From NCBI GenBank assembly GCA_016872415.1, contig VGZX01000006.1:3298-67297 (forward strand): a stretch of DNA of 64,000 nucleotides. Direction: 5' to 3'. Position 1 is the stretch's first letter. Each line of letters starts with the position of its first letter. Under the pieces are notes generated by a model. It was not told where the DNA came from. It made no database searches and worked only from the letters and a program-made list of their open reading frames with translations. Positions 55,648 through 64,000 of the stretch are shown piece by piece. This stretch comes from SAR202 cluster bacterium. GTDB lineage: Bacteria; Chloroflexota; Dehalococcoidia; Lucifugimonadales; Australimonadaceae. The translations under genes and the position numbers were made by a program.

Positions 55648-56502
55648 ATGTCACTGTGGGAAGCCATCTTGCTCGGCCTCATCCATGGGCTCACCGAGTT
55701 CATACCGATCAGCAGCACCGGCCAAGTCACCATCGCCGGGCAGCTGCTCGACCTAATCGACCCCGACCGCCCGGAACAGTGGACGGCCTTCCTCGCCATG
55801 CTCCAACTCGGCACGCTGGCCGCCTTGCTCGCCTATTTCGCCGGCGACATCGTCCGCATCGTCCGAGGGTTCGCGCTCGTCAACCTGGCCGCCCTCACCC
55901 GCCGCGCGCCCTCCGACGACAACCGCCGGAACGCGCGCCTCGGTTGGCTGGTGTTGGCCGGCACCGTGCCCATCGGCGTGGTCGGCCTGTTGTTCCGAGA
56001 CGTCATCGAAGGCGACCTCACGAAAAACCTATGGACGATCGCGGCGGCGCTCGTCGGCCTCGCACTCTTGCTGTTCCTCGCCGAGCGCGTCGGCACCAGG
56101 AAGCGCGGCATGGCGCAATTGCGATGGCTCGATGCCGTCGTCGTCGGCATCGCCCAGGTCGCGTCGCTCATACCGGGCTCGTCCCGATCGGGCACCACCA
56201 TCACGGGAGGGTTGTTCTCCGGACTCCAGCGCGAAACGGCCGCCCGCTTCTCGTTCCTGCTCGCCATCCCCGCCATCGGCGCCAGCGGCATCCTCCAGCT
56301 GCCGGAGGCCCTCCGCGCCAACATGCCGCCGGTCACCCTCGGCATCGCGACGCTCGTCGCCGCGGCCTCCGGCTACCTCTCGATCGCGTTCCTGCTGCGC
56401 TACCTCCAACGCCACTCGACCTATCTATTCATCGTCTACCGCATCGCGTTGGGGGTGCTCATCGTCGCGCTCATCGTCACCGGAGCCGTGGACGCATCTT
56501 AG
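55648..56502 (+). CDS. uppP: undecaprenyl-diphosphate phosphatase
   Basis: EAILLGLIHGLTEFIPISSTGQ and PGSSRSGTTI BacA motifs. Confidence 0.92.
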   Translation: MSLWEAILLGLIHGLTEFIPISSTGQVTIAGQLLDLIDPDRPEQWTAFLAMLQLGTLAALLAYFAGDIVRIVRGFALVNLAALTRRAPSDDNRRNARLGWLVLAGTVPIGVVGLLFRDVIEGDLTKNLWTIAAALVGLALLLFLAERVGTRKRGMAQLRWLDAVVVGIAQVASLIPGSSRSGTTITGGLFSGLQRETAARFSFLLAIPAIGASGILQLPEALRANMPPVTLGIATLVAAASGYLSIAFLLRYLQRHSTYLFIVYRIALGVLIVALIVTGAVDAS

Positions 56503-56727
56503 CCGTCGCTCCGGATGCCAGCGCGACGCCATCGCCCACCGCTGCCGAGGCGCCTCGTGGGGTTGTCCGCCACGATGCAATTCGCCGGAATCGACTTCGT
56601 GACCGCTTCGTGATTGCGCTCCCCATGCCGGGCGCGATCGTCACGTGGCGCCGCCCCGGACGCCATGCGTATCGCGCGGGCCTCGCCCGCTTCAGCCCCG
56701 CGTTTCGCTTCGCCCGGCCCTCCCCGG

Positions 56728-57450
56728 CTATCGGCGGTCCGCTTGGCGGGACGCCGCCGCCCGGATGGGGGTTGCGAACCGGCGCCCCAGCCACCGGCCG
56801 GCCACCAGGGACACGGCCGACCCCAGCAGCGTCATCCCGGCGATGGCGATGGTGATGTCTTGCCAGAAGCCGAACGGAAACACCCGCACGAGGTAGCTGG
56901 TGCGCGGGTCGAACGTCCAGTTGCCCTGCGGGAACGCGATCCGGTGGAACAACGTGAACAGTGGGTCGAAGGCCACGAGGCTGACGAGCCCGATGCCGGC
57001 GACGAGGCCGACGGTGAGCAGGGCGCCGCGCCGCAGCCATGCCGCGACGTGGGGCAAGGCGCCGCGCCGCAGCCGGTGGACCAGCACCAGCCCGGTAATG
57101 GCGAGGAACCCGGCGGCGAGCAGTTGTGTCGCGAAGGCGCGACGCATCAGCACCTTCACGTGCCGCATGTGCGACACCTCGTCCGCCCTGAACAGCTCGG
57201 TGTTCACCCCGCGCACGGGCGCCACCACGCGCAATGACTCTTGCCCGCTGTTGAAGTAGTCCCGCACCTGCGCGGCCACGGAGCGCAGTCCGGCCTCGTC
57301 GATGCCCGTCGACGCGGCCACGCCATGGCGCTCGAACAGCCACATGTAAAGCGACGCGCTGTTCGCGGCCACGCGCACGCTCGTCGTCACCAGCAACAGC
57401 ATGAGCGCGACGGGAGCCAGATAGCCGAGGACGGTCGTGGCGCGGGTCAC
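56728..57450 (-). CDS. TIGR01906/DUF1461-family integral membrane protein
   Basis: N-terminal TM helix, a loop with VRDYFNSG…, and later LFTLFHRIAFPQGNWTFDPRTSYLVRVFP, typical of this family as I recall it. Confidence 0.6.
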   Translation of the reverse strand: MTRATTVLGYLAPVALMLLLVTTSVRVAANSASLYMWLFERHGVAASTGIDEAGLRSVAAQVRDYFNSGQESLRVVAPVRGVNTELFRADEVSHMRHVKVLMRRAFATQLLAAGFLAITGLVLVHRLRRGALPHVAAWLRRGALLTVGLVAGIGLVSLVAFDPLFTLFHRIAFPQGNWTFDPRTSYLVRVFPFGFWQDITIAIAGMTLLGSAVSLVAGRWLGRRFATPIRAAASRQADRR

Positions 57451-57523
57451 GGGGGGTGCGTCTCCATGATTCGTTCCGCCATTCCAGGCCTATACTAGCC
57501 TCAAACGAGGTTGGGGGCACACG

Positions 57524-58342
57524 GTGACAATTAATCCGCGATCGGATGACGCCGTCGGATTCACGGAGCTGCTCGCGGTCATGCGCCGCCTGCGCGACCC
57601 GGATAAGGGCTGTCCTTGGGACTTGGAGCAGACCCACGCATCGCTGCGATACACGCTCCTTGAGGAAACCTACGAGACGCTGGAGGCCATCGATTCCGGC
57701 GTACCTGCACGCCAGGTGGAAGAGCTGGGCGACCTGCTGCTCCAGGTGATCTTCCACGCTCAGATCGGCGCCGACGAGGGGCAATACACCATCGACGACG
57801 TGGTGCGGCACCTCATCGACAAGCTCGTGCGGCGGCACCCGCACATCTTCGGCGCCTCCGCCGCCAAGACCGCCACCGAGGTCATCGGCCAGTGGGAGCG
57901 TATCAAGGCGCAGGAGCGCAAGGCGAAGGGCGAAAGCGAACGCTCGATGCTCGACGGCGTCCCGAAGGCGATGCCGTCGCTCGCCTACGCCCAGGCGGTG
58001 CAAGCCCGCGCGGCGCGCGCCGGCTTCGATTGGGACGACGGCCGCGGCGCCATAGACGCCCTCGCCGAGGAGGTGGCCGAGCTCCGCGCCGAAAGCGACC
58101 CGCGGCGTCGCGAGGAGGAGCTGGGCGACGTGCTGTTCGGCCTGGTGGCCGTCGCGCGCCGCATGGGCATCGAGGCCGAGGACGCCCTTCGAGGCGCCAA
58201 CGCCCGCTTCCACCTCCGCTTCTCGCGCATGGAGGCGACGCTGCGCGAGCGCGGCGAGACGCTGGCCGCCTTGCCCGAGCCCGAGCGGCTGCGGCGGTGG
58301 GAGCGGGCGAAAGAGCCTCCCCCATCGGCGAATCCTGGTTGA
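57524..58342 (+). CDS. mazG: nucleoside triphosphate pyrophosphohydrolase MazG
   Basis: CPWDLEQTHASLRYTLLEETYETLEAI and a second EELGDVLF repeat. GTG start. Confidence 0.88.
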   Translation: MTINPRSDDAVGFTELLAVMRRLRDPDKGCPWDLEQTHASLRYTLLEETYETLEAIDSGVPARQVEELGDLLLQVIFHAQIGADEGQYTIDDVVRHLIDKLVRRHPHIFGASAAKTATEVIGQWERIKAQERKAKGESERSMLDGVPKAMPSLAYAQAVQARAARAGFDWDDGRGAIDALAEEVAELRAESDPRRREEELGDVLFGLVAVARRMGIEAEDALRGANARFHLRFSRMEATLRERGETLAALPEPERLRRWERAKEPPPSANPG

Positions 58343-58471
58343 CCCACCGTTCGTTTGATACAAAATGACGGGTCGTTTTGCGCGCGGCGGGTCATGCCGC
58401 TAACATGGCTCGCCGGACTACGCCGGTTTCCCGATATGCATTAACGTAACGTAGTGAGGTGCTACTTGGTC

Positions 58472-59686
58472 ATGGCGCGACGTGCTCGCCCGCTGCTCAT
58501 CGGTCTGCTGGTTCTGCTATCCCTCCTTGGGGGCGCGGGCGCGGCGTTCGCGCAACGGGCCTCGTCCGACGTCCGCATCGTCCTGCCCATCCGCGCCATC
58601 GAGCTCGACGTCGCCAAGGCCGACCTCGCGCTGCAAGTGGTCAACACCACGCCCGAACGGCGCACCGTGTCGTTCGAGTTCACCAACGTCCCCCAAGGCT
58701 GGGACGTCGCCGTCTGGAACAACATCTTCGACTTCCGCCTCAAGCAGATCGCCATCGAACCCGCCACCACCGCCGGTCCCACCGGCCAAGACGTGCGGCT
58801 CCGCATCCAGCCGCCGGGCGGTGTGCGACCCGGCACCTACATCTTCCACATGGCCGTCAAATCGCCCGACGGCGCCGTCACCTACGACGCGTTCCCGCTC
58901 ACCATCACCGTCAAGGCGCCGCCCGAGGTGCAAGACCTGGGCGTGACCGTGGCCGCGCAGTTCCCCGTGCTCAGCGGCCCCCCCACCAGCCAGTTCGAGT
59001 TCGAAATCGCCATCCGCAACCAGACCGGCGCCGCGCAGTCGTTCGACCTCTCCGCCGAGGTCCCGCAGACGTGGCAGGTGCAGTTCAAGCCCTCGTTCGA
59101 AGAGAAGATCATCAACACCACCAGCGTCCTGAAGGACGCCACCCAGCGCGTCGTCGTGCGCGTCACGCCCAACCAGCGCGCCAGCGCCGGCACCTACCAG
59201 ATCCCCGTCACCGTGAACAACCCGGCGAATGAAGCCCACCGGCAGGTCATCAACCTCACTGTCAACGTCACCGGCCAAGGCCAGCTCACCACCACCACGC
59301 CCACCGGCCAGCTGAACATGGAATCGACCGCCGGCAAGGGCACCTCCGGCACCTTCCGCCTCATCAACTTCGGCACCGCCGACCTCACCGGCATTGCCCT
59401 CGCCGCCGACGCGCCCACCGACTGGAAGGTGCAATATCAGATCGACCGCGTCGACCTGCCGCAGAACCAGCAGGTCGACATTCCCGTGACGATCACGCCG
59501 CCCGAGAACGCCATCCCCGGCGACTACATCGTGACGCTCCGGGCCAGCCACCCCGACACCACCGGCTCCATCGACATGCGCGTGACCGTCGCGCAGTCCA
59601 CGATCTGGGGCTGGCTGGGCATCGTGCTCGTCATCGTGGTGCTCGGCAGCATCGGAGCCCTCTTCCTGAGGCTGGGCCGGCGATGA
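58472..59686 (+). CDS. secreted NEW3/CARDB-repeat protein with a C-terminal TM anchor (COG1470-like)
   Basis: Signal peptide (LLIGLLVLLSLLGGAGAAFA), repeated Ig-like modules (…PQGWDVAV…, …PQTWQVQFKP…, …PTDWKVQYQ…) and a C-terminal helix. The stop overlaps the ABC ATPase start. Confidence 0.7.
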   Translation: MARRARPLLIGLLVLLSLLGGAGAAFAQRASSDVRIVLPIRAIELDVAKADLALQVVNTTPERRTVSFEFTNVPQGWDVAVWNNIFDFRLKQIAIEPATTAGPTGQDVRLRIQPPGGVRPGTYIFHMAVKSPDGAVTYDAFPLTITVKAPPEVQDLGVTVAAQFPVLSGPPTSQFEFEIAIRNQTGAAQSFDLSAEVPQTWQVQFKPSFEEKIINTTSVLKDATQRVVVRVTPNQRASAGTYQIPVTVNNPANEAHRQVINLTVNVTGQGQLTTTTPTGQLNMESTAGKGTSGTFRLINFGTADLTGIALAADAPTDWKVQYQIDRVDLPQNQQVDIPVTITPPENAIPGDYIVTLRASHPDTTGSIDMRVTVAQSTIWGWLGIVLVIVVLGSIGALFLRLGRR

Positions 59687-60624
59687 GCGCTCCCCTGATC
59701 GAGGCCCACGGCCTCTCCAAACGCTACGGCGCGTTCACGGCCGTCGACCACATCGACATGCGCCTCGATGAGGGCGAGGTGTTCGGCTTCCTCGGCCCGA
59801 ACGGCTCCGGCAAGAGCACGACCATCCTCATGCTGCTGGGCCTCACGGAGCCGTCCGAGGGTGACGTCACCGTCCTCGGCCACAACCCCACGCGCGACCC
59901 CATGGCCGTGAAGCGGCAGGTCGGCTATCTGCCCGAGACGGTCGGCTTCTATCCCGACCTCACCGGCAAGCAAAACCTGGAATACACCGCCGCGCTCAAC
60001 CGCATCCCTCGCGCCGACGCCGACCGCCGCATCAAGGAGCTGCTGGAGATGGTGGAGCTCGGTCACGCCATCGACCAGCCCGTCGGCCAGTATTCCCGCG
60101 GCATGCGCCAACGGCTCGGCTTCGCCGACGTGTTGCTCAAGCAGCCGAAGCTCGTCATCCTCGACGATCCCACGCTCGGCCTCGACCCCACCGGCATCCA
60201 GTGGCTGCTGGGGCTGATCGAGGAGATGAGCAAGAACCAAGCCATCACCATCCTCCTCTCCTCCCACGCGCTGCAGGAGGTGCAGCGCGTCTGCGACCGC
60301 GTCGCCATCATGTCGCACGGCAAAATCGTGCTCCAAGGCACGGTCACCAGTCTCACCGCCGGCGACGGCACCACCGGCTACCACATCGCGGTCGAGGTGC
60401 GGAGCGCGAAGCCGGGCCTCGTCGAGGCGGCCCGCGAGTTGCCTGGCGTCACCTCGGCGGACCTATCCGGCAACCTCCTCACCGTGCATGCCGAGCGCGA
60501 CGTGCGCCCCCAGCTCATCTCCTCGCTCATCGCCAACGGCGGCGAGCTGCTGGAAGTCCGCGCGCGCAACCGCTCGCTGGAAGACATCTACCTCCGGTAC
60601 TTCCAAGAAGGAGCGCTGGCATGA
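59683..60624 (+). CDS. ABC transporter ATP-binding protein
   Basis: Walker A GPNGSGKST, signature YSRGMRQRL and Walker B LVILDDPT. Confidence 0.9.
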   Translation: MSAPLIEAHGLSKRYGAFTAVDHIDMRLDEGEVFGFLGPNGSGKSTTILMLLGLTEPSEGDVTVLGHNPTRDPMAVKRQVGYLPETVGFYPDLTGKQNLEYTAALNRIPRADADRRIKELLEMVELGHAIDQPVGQYSRGMRQRLGFADVLLKQPKLVILDDPTLGLDPTGIQWLLGLIEEMSKNQAITILLSSHALQEVQRVCDRVAIMSHGKIVLQGTVTSLTAGDGTTGYHIAVEVRSAKPGLVEAARELPGVTSADLSGNLLTVHAERDVRPQLISSLIANGGELLEVRARNRSLEDIYLRYFQEGALA

Positions 60625-61562
60625 ACGCCATCTACTGGAAAGAGCTGGCCGACCACTTCGGCCGCCGCCGCTTCCTGCTGCTGCTCGGCCTCGTCGCCAT
60701 CGGCACCCTGTGGGGCGTCTATGTCACGACCCAGGCCGTGCAAGGCGGCACCGGCAGCCTCGACCAGTTCCTGTTCCTCGACATCTTCACCAGCGGCAGC
60801 GGCGTCCTGCCCTCGTTGCTCTTCTTCATCTCGTTCTTCGGCCCGCTCATCGGCATCGCCCTCGGGTTCGACGCCGTCAACAGCGAGCGCACCCACGGCA
60901 CGCTGTCGCGCATCTTGGCGCAGCCCGTCTACCGCGACGCCGTCATCAACGGTAAGTTTCTCGCCGGCGTCACCGCCCTCGCCGTCGTCATCGTCAGCAT
61001 GGAGCTCGCCATCATCGGCCTGGGCATGTTCATCCTCGGCTTCGCGCCGCGCGGCGAGGAGATCGTGCGGATCGTCGGCTTCACGCTCGTCTCCATCGCC
61101 TACCTCGCCTTCTGGCTCGCCCTCGCCACCACGGCGTCCGTCTTCCTTCGCAACACCGTCGCCTCCGCGCTGGTCACGCTTGGCATTTGGCTCTTCTCCG
61201 GCTTCATCATCCTGTTGCTCGCCAACGTCGCGGCCGATTACTTCGCGCCCCTCTCATCCAACGCCGCCGACGCCGCCCGCAACTTCTCGATCCAAACGTG
61301 GATCTCGCGCGTATCGCCCGGCTTCCTGTTCCAAGAGGCCACCCAGACCCTGCTCGATCCCCTCACCAGCAGGTCGCAGCAGCCGCTCGACCTCATCTTC
61401 AGCCTCAGCCCCGAGCGGCTGGAGGGCCTGCTGTTGACGCCCATCTCCGCGGCCGAGAGCCTCAAGCTGGTGTGGCCGCACATCGTGGCGCTCATTACCG
61501 GCGTCGCCATACTCTTCACGGGCGCCTACGCGAAGTTCATGCGCGAGGAGATCCGCTCGTAG
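60621..61562 (+). CDS. ABC-2 type transporter permease
   Basis: ATGA overlap with the ATPase stop. MNAIYWKELADHFGRRRF N-terminus and about 6 TM helices. Confidence 0.75.
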   Translation: MNAIYWKELADHFGRRRFLLLLGLVAIGTLWGVYVTTQAVQGGTGSLDQFLFLDIFTSGSGVLPSLLFFISFFGPLIGIALGFDAVNSERTHGTLSRILAQPVYRDAVINGKFLAGVTALAVVIVSMELAIIGLGMFILGFAPRGEEIVRIVGFTLVSIAYLAFWLALATTASVFLRNTVASALVTLGIWLFSGFIILLLANVAADYFAPLSSNAADAARNFSIQTWISRVSPGFLFQEATQTLLDPLTSRSQQPLDLIFSLSPERLEGLLLTPISAAESLKLVWPHIVALITGVAILFTGAYAKFMREEIRS

Positions 61563-61596
61563 CCAGCATCGAAGGGCACGAAAACATGGCGCCGCT

Positions 61597-62037
61597 GTGA
61601 CCCATGCCCTCGCTAACGCACGCCCGGCCCAACCCGCCGCCTCCTGGCGGGCGGTGGCACTGGCGGCGCTCGCCCTGGCGGCGGTACTGCTCCCCGGCGC
61701 CGCCGGCCTGCTCGACCCGGCCATCGTCGGTCGCCTCCCCTACCACGAGCACGCATACCTCACCTCGGATGGCTGGGCGCAGGACCACGGCGCCCACGGT
61801 CACGCGCACCGCTCGCCCAACCGCGCCGAGGCGCCGCCAACGCGCGACGCCGACGTGCTCTACCTGATGCCGGCCGCCTCCCTCGCGTTCGTCACGGCGC
61901 ACCTGTCGTTCCAGCACGGCGAGCTGCCGCTTCCGTTCCCCACGCTGCAGCCCATCCCGCCTTGGCTGCTGGCGCCGTACGAGGCGCCGGCGCTGGCCGG
62001 TCTTGCAACGCCAGTGACGGTGCCGCCGCCTCGTTGA
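61597..62037 (+). CDS. hypothetical His-rich, N-terminally anchored protein
   Basis: High GC3, a hydrophobic N-terminal segment and the HEHAYL…HGAHGHAH cluster. The start (GTG) is uncertain and has no clear SD. Confidence 0.4.
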   Translation: MTHALANARPAQPAASWRAVALAALALAAVLLPGAAGLLDPAIVGRLPYHEHAYLTSDGWAQDHGAHGHAHRSPNRAEAPPTRDADVLYLMPAASLAFVTAHLSFQHGELPLPFPTLQPIPPWLLAPYEAPALAGLATPVTVPPPR

Positions 62038-62119
62038 CGCTCCTTGCCGCCGGCGCGGAACGCCGTCCCCTTGGGGCGCGGCCTCGTCCGTTATCCAACG
62101 AAGCAAACGAGGAGTGATC

Positions 62120-62779
62120 ATGTTCAACTTCGCATTCGCGATGCGCATGGCCGCGGCATTCGCCGTCGTCGCCGTGCTTGGCACGTCCACCGTCGCGCTC
62201 GCCCACGAACGGCGCGCCATCGGCCCCTATCAGGTCGTCGTCGGCTGGACCGGCGAGCCCGCCTACGAGGGCCACCGGAACGGAGTCGACTTCCGTGTCA
62301 CCGAGGCCGCGACCACGAATCCGGTCATGGGCGCCGAGCGCACGGTGCAGGTCGAGGTGACCCACCTGCCGACGAGCACGACCAAGACCTTCCCGTTGCG
62401 GACTATCTTCGGCTCGCCCGGCCGCTATACCGTGGACATCTTGCCGACGGCTCCCGGCGCCTACCGGTTCCGGTTCTTCGGCGAAATCGGCGGCACGGCC
62501 ATCGACGAGACGTTCGTGTCGGAGGGCGCCGGTGGCGACTTCGGCGATATCGAGCCCGCCATCGGCATGCACTTCCCCGTCGTCTTGCCCGAGTTGCGCG
62601 AGGTGGCCGCGGCCACCCAGGGCGTGACGGGCGACGTGCGGGCCGCGCAGGCCGCCGCCGCCGAGGCGAGGGACTCCGCCGGCACGACCCGCACCCTGGC
62701 CGTCGTCGGGCTCGTCGCGGGCATCGGCGGCATCGTGGCCGGCGCCGGTGGCATGGCGTTGGCGATGCGGAAGCGTTAG
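62120..62779 (+). CDS. secreted protein with a C-terminal TM anchor (possible metal-binding, His-first mature N-terminus)
   Basis: GAGGAG SD. The signal peptide ends …STVALA|HERR, followed by a beta-rich body and a C-terminal helix LAVVGLVAGIGGIVAGAGGMALA. Confidence 0.55.
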   Translation: MFNFAFAMRMAAAFAVVAVLGTSTVALAHERRAIGPYQVVVGWTGEPAYEGHRNGVDFRVTEAATTNPVMGAERTVQVEVTHLPTSTTKTFPLRTIFGSPGRYTVDILPTAPGAYRFRFFGEIGGTAIDETFVSEGAGGDFGDIEPAIGMHFPVVLPELREVAAATQGVTGDVRAAQAAAAEARDSAGTTRTLAVVGLVAGIGGIVAGAGGMALAMRKR

Positions 62780-62824
62780 GAGTTCGCGAGGGGGCGGGGG
62801 AGACCCGCCCCCTCTGGTGGAGAC

Positions 62825-64000
62825 ATGCACCGAAGCCTCGTTCGCATCGCCGCGCTCATCCTGGCGCTTATCGCCGTCGCCGCCTTGGCCCGGCCATCCC
62901 CGGCCGTTGCCCATGCCGCGTTCGTCCAGTCCGACCCCGCGCCCGACGCGGTCGTCCAGGCCGCCCCGGAGCGCGTCACCGTCTGGTTCACCGAGCCCCT
63001 GAGCCCTCGGCTGAGCGGCATGAGCGTCATCGACACCGATGGCGCCAGCGTCGTCGCCGGCGCCGCCGAGGTCGACGGAGCCGATCCCACGCGGCTCTCG
63101 GTGCCGCTGCGTCGCGACCTGCACGGCACCTACACCGTGTCGTGGAGCAACGTGTCCACGGTCGACGGCCATGCGCTGCGTGGCAGCTTCTCGTTCCACG
63201 TCGGCGCGCCGACGGCCCAGGGCGGGACCACCGCCGAGATACCCCTGTTGCAATCGCCGTCGGAGCCGGCCATACGCTGGCTCGTGCTGCTCGCCATGCT
63301 CGCGATGGTCGGCGGCGTCGCATTCGACCTGCTGGTGCTCATGCCCGCGCTGCGCTCCTCCCCGGGCGAGGCGCCGGCGCGCGACCTGTACGAGCGCCTC
63401 CACGCCCGCGCGCGGCGCGCCGTGCTCGTCGCGGCCCTCCTGTTCGCCGTCGCCAGCCTCGCGCACCTCGTCACCCAGGCGGCCTCCTCGGGCGCGGCCC
63501 CGTGGGAGATGCTCTCGCTCACCTGGGGCCGTCTCTGGACCGGGCGCCTCGCGTTCGGCGCACTGCTCGCCGTCGTCGTCTGGTGGTTGCCCCGGCTGGA
63601 GCCAGCCGCGCGGCCGGCCCTCCATGCCGTCGCCTTGGTGCCGGGTGGCGCCATACTCGCCGCCCAAAGCCTCGTCAGCCACGGTGCCGCCACGGCCGGC
63701 ATCGAATGGCCCGCCGTCGCGAACGACCTGCTTCACCTGACGGCCACGGCCTTCTGGGCCGGCGGGCTCATCCACCTCGCGCTCGCGGCCCCGCTGCTCA
63801 TCGCAGCGCGCCCTCTGGAGCGTGGGGCGCTGCTGTCGCGCGTCGTCGCGCGCTTCTCGCCCGTGGCCCTGTTGTCCGCCGGCGTGCTCGTCGTCACCGG
63901 CATCTACTCCGCCTACGCGCAGGTGACGGCGCTCCGGGGCATCGCCACGCCCTACGGCGCCGCGCTGCTCGTCAAGGGCGGCCTCGTCGCGGGCTTGCTG
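62825..64000 (+). CDS. CopC-CopD fusion copper-resistance protein, 3' end beyond the window
   Basis: My own translation from ATG 62825 (the ORF is absent from the track because it has no stop in the window). Signal peptide, then HAAFVQSDPAPDAVV…PERVTVWFTEPL (CopC), then multiple CopD-like TM helices. Confidence 0.8.
   Translation, partial: MHRSLVRIAALILALIAVAALARPSPAVAHAAFVQSDPAPDAVVQAAPERVTVWFTEPLSPRLSGMSVIDTDGASVVAGAAEVDGADPTRLSVPLRRDLHGTYTVSWSNVSTVDGHALRGSFSFHVGAPTAQGGTTAEIPLLQSPSEPAIRWLVLLAMLAMVGGVAFDLLVLMPALRSSPGEAPARDLYERLHARARRAVLVAALLFAVASLAHLVTQAASSGAAPWEMLSLTWGRLWTGRLAFGALLAVVVWWLPRLEPAARPALHAVALVPGGAILAAQSLVSHGAATAGIEWPAVANDLLHLTATAFWAGGLIHLALAAPLLIAARPLERGALLSRVVARFSPVALLSAGVLVVTGIYSAYAQVTALRGIATPYGAALLVKGGLVAGLL

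Overview
High-GC (about two-thirds to 70% G+C by eye), almost fully coding bacterial chromosomal segment. All calls come from reading the ORF translations and recalling family motifs; no database search was run.

Most of the window is housekeeping: the end of the nuo operon (nuoN), eno, gap, pheA, a glnA-gltB operon, ppdK, cmk-plsC, gyrB, pyrE, nadD-obg, dnaA, fmt, rplY, uppP and mazG. It also holds four MFS transporters (one apparently frameshifted), a split xanthine-dehydrogenase-family molybdoenzyme locus, and two CysM-like cysteine synthases, one of them next to Rrf2 and MoeB/ThiF. An orphan atypical OmpR-type regulator, a NEW3/CARDB surface protein with an ABC-2 exporter, and a CopC-CopD copper cluster running off the right edge complete the set.

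A 1471-aa GT-C-like membrane protein carries the YYYYG motif of the Chlor_Arch_YYY/DUF2298 family, which suggests a Chloroflexota (Thermomicrobia-like) source; this is inference. dnaA sits at a gene-orientation switch at about 48.8-49.1 kb, so the window probably spans the replication origin, but no canonical DnaA boxes are visible.

The most unusual element is a ~1.4-kb lower-GC two-gene cassette at 24.1-25.5 kb. It is bracketed by a 27-bp direct repeat that duplicates the 3' end of an MFS gene. It encodes a Swt1-like HEPN protein (RHEWAH motif) fused to an Ig-like domain, plus a small helical partner, and is a candidate uncharacterised toxin/defence module.

No rRNA, tRNA, CRISPR array, transposase or integrase was recognised.
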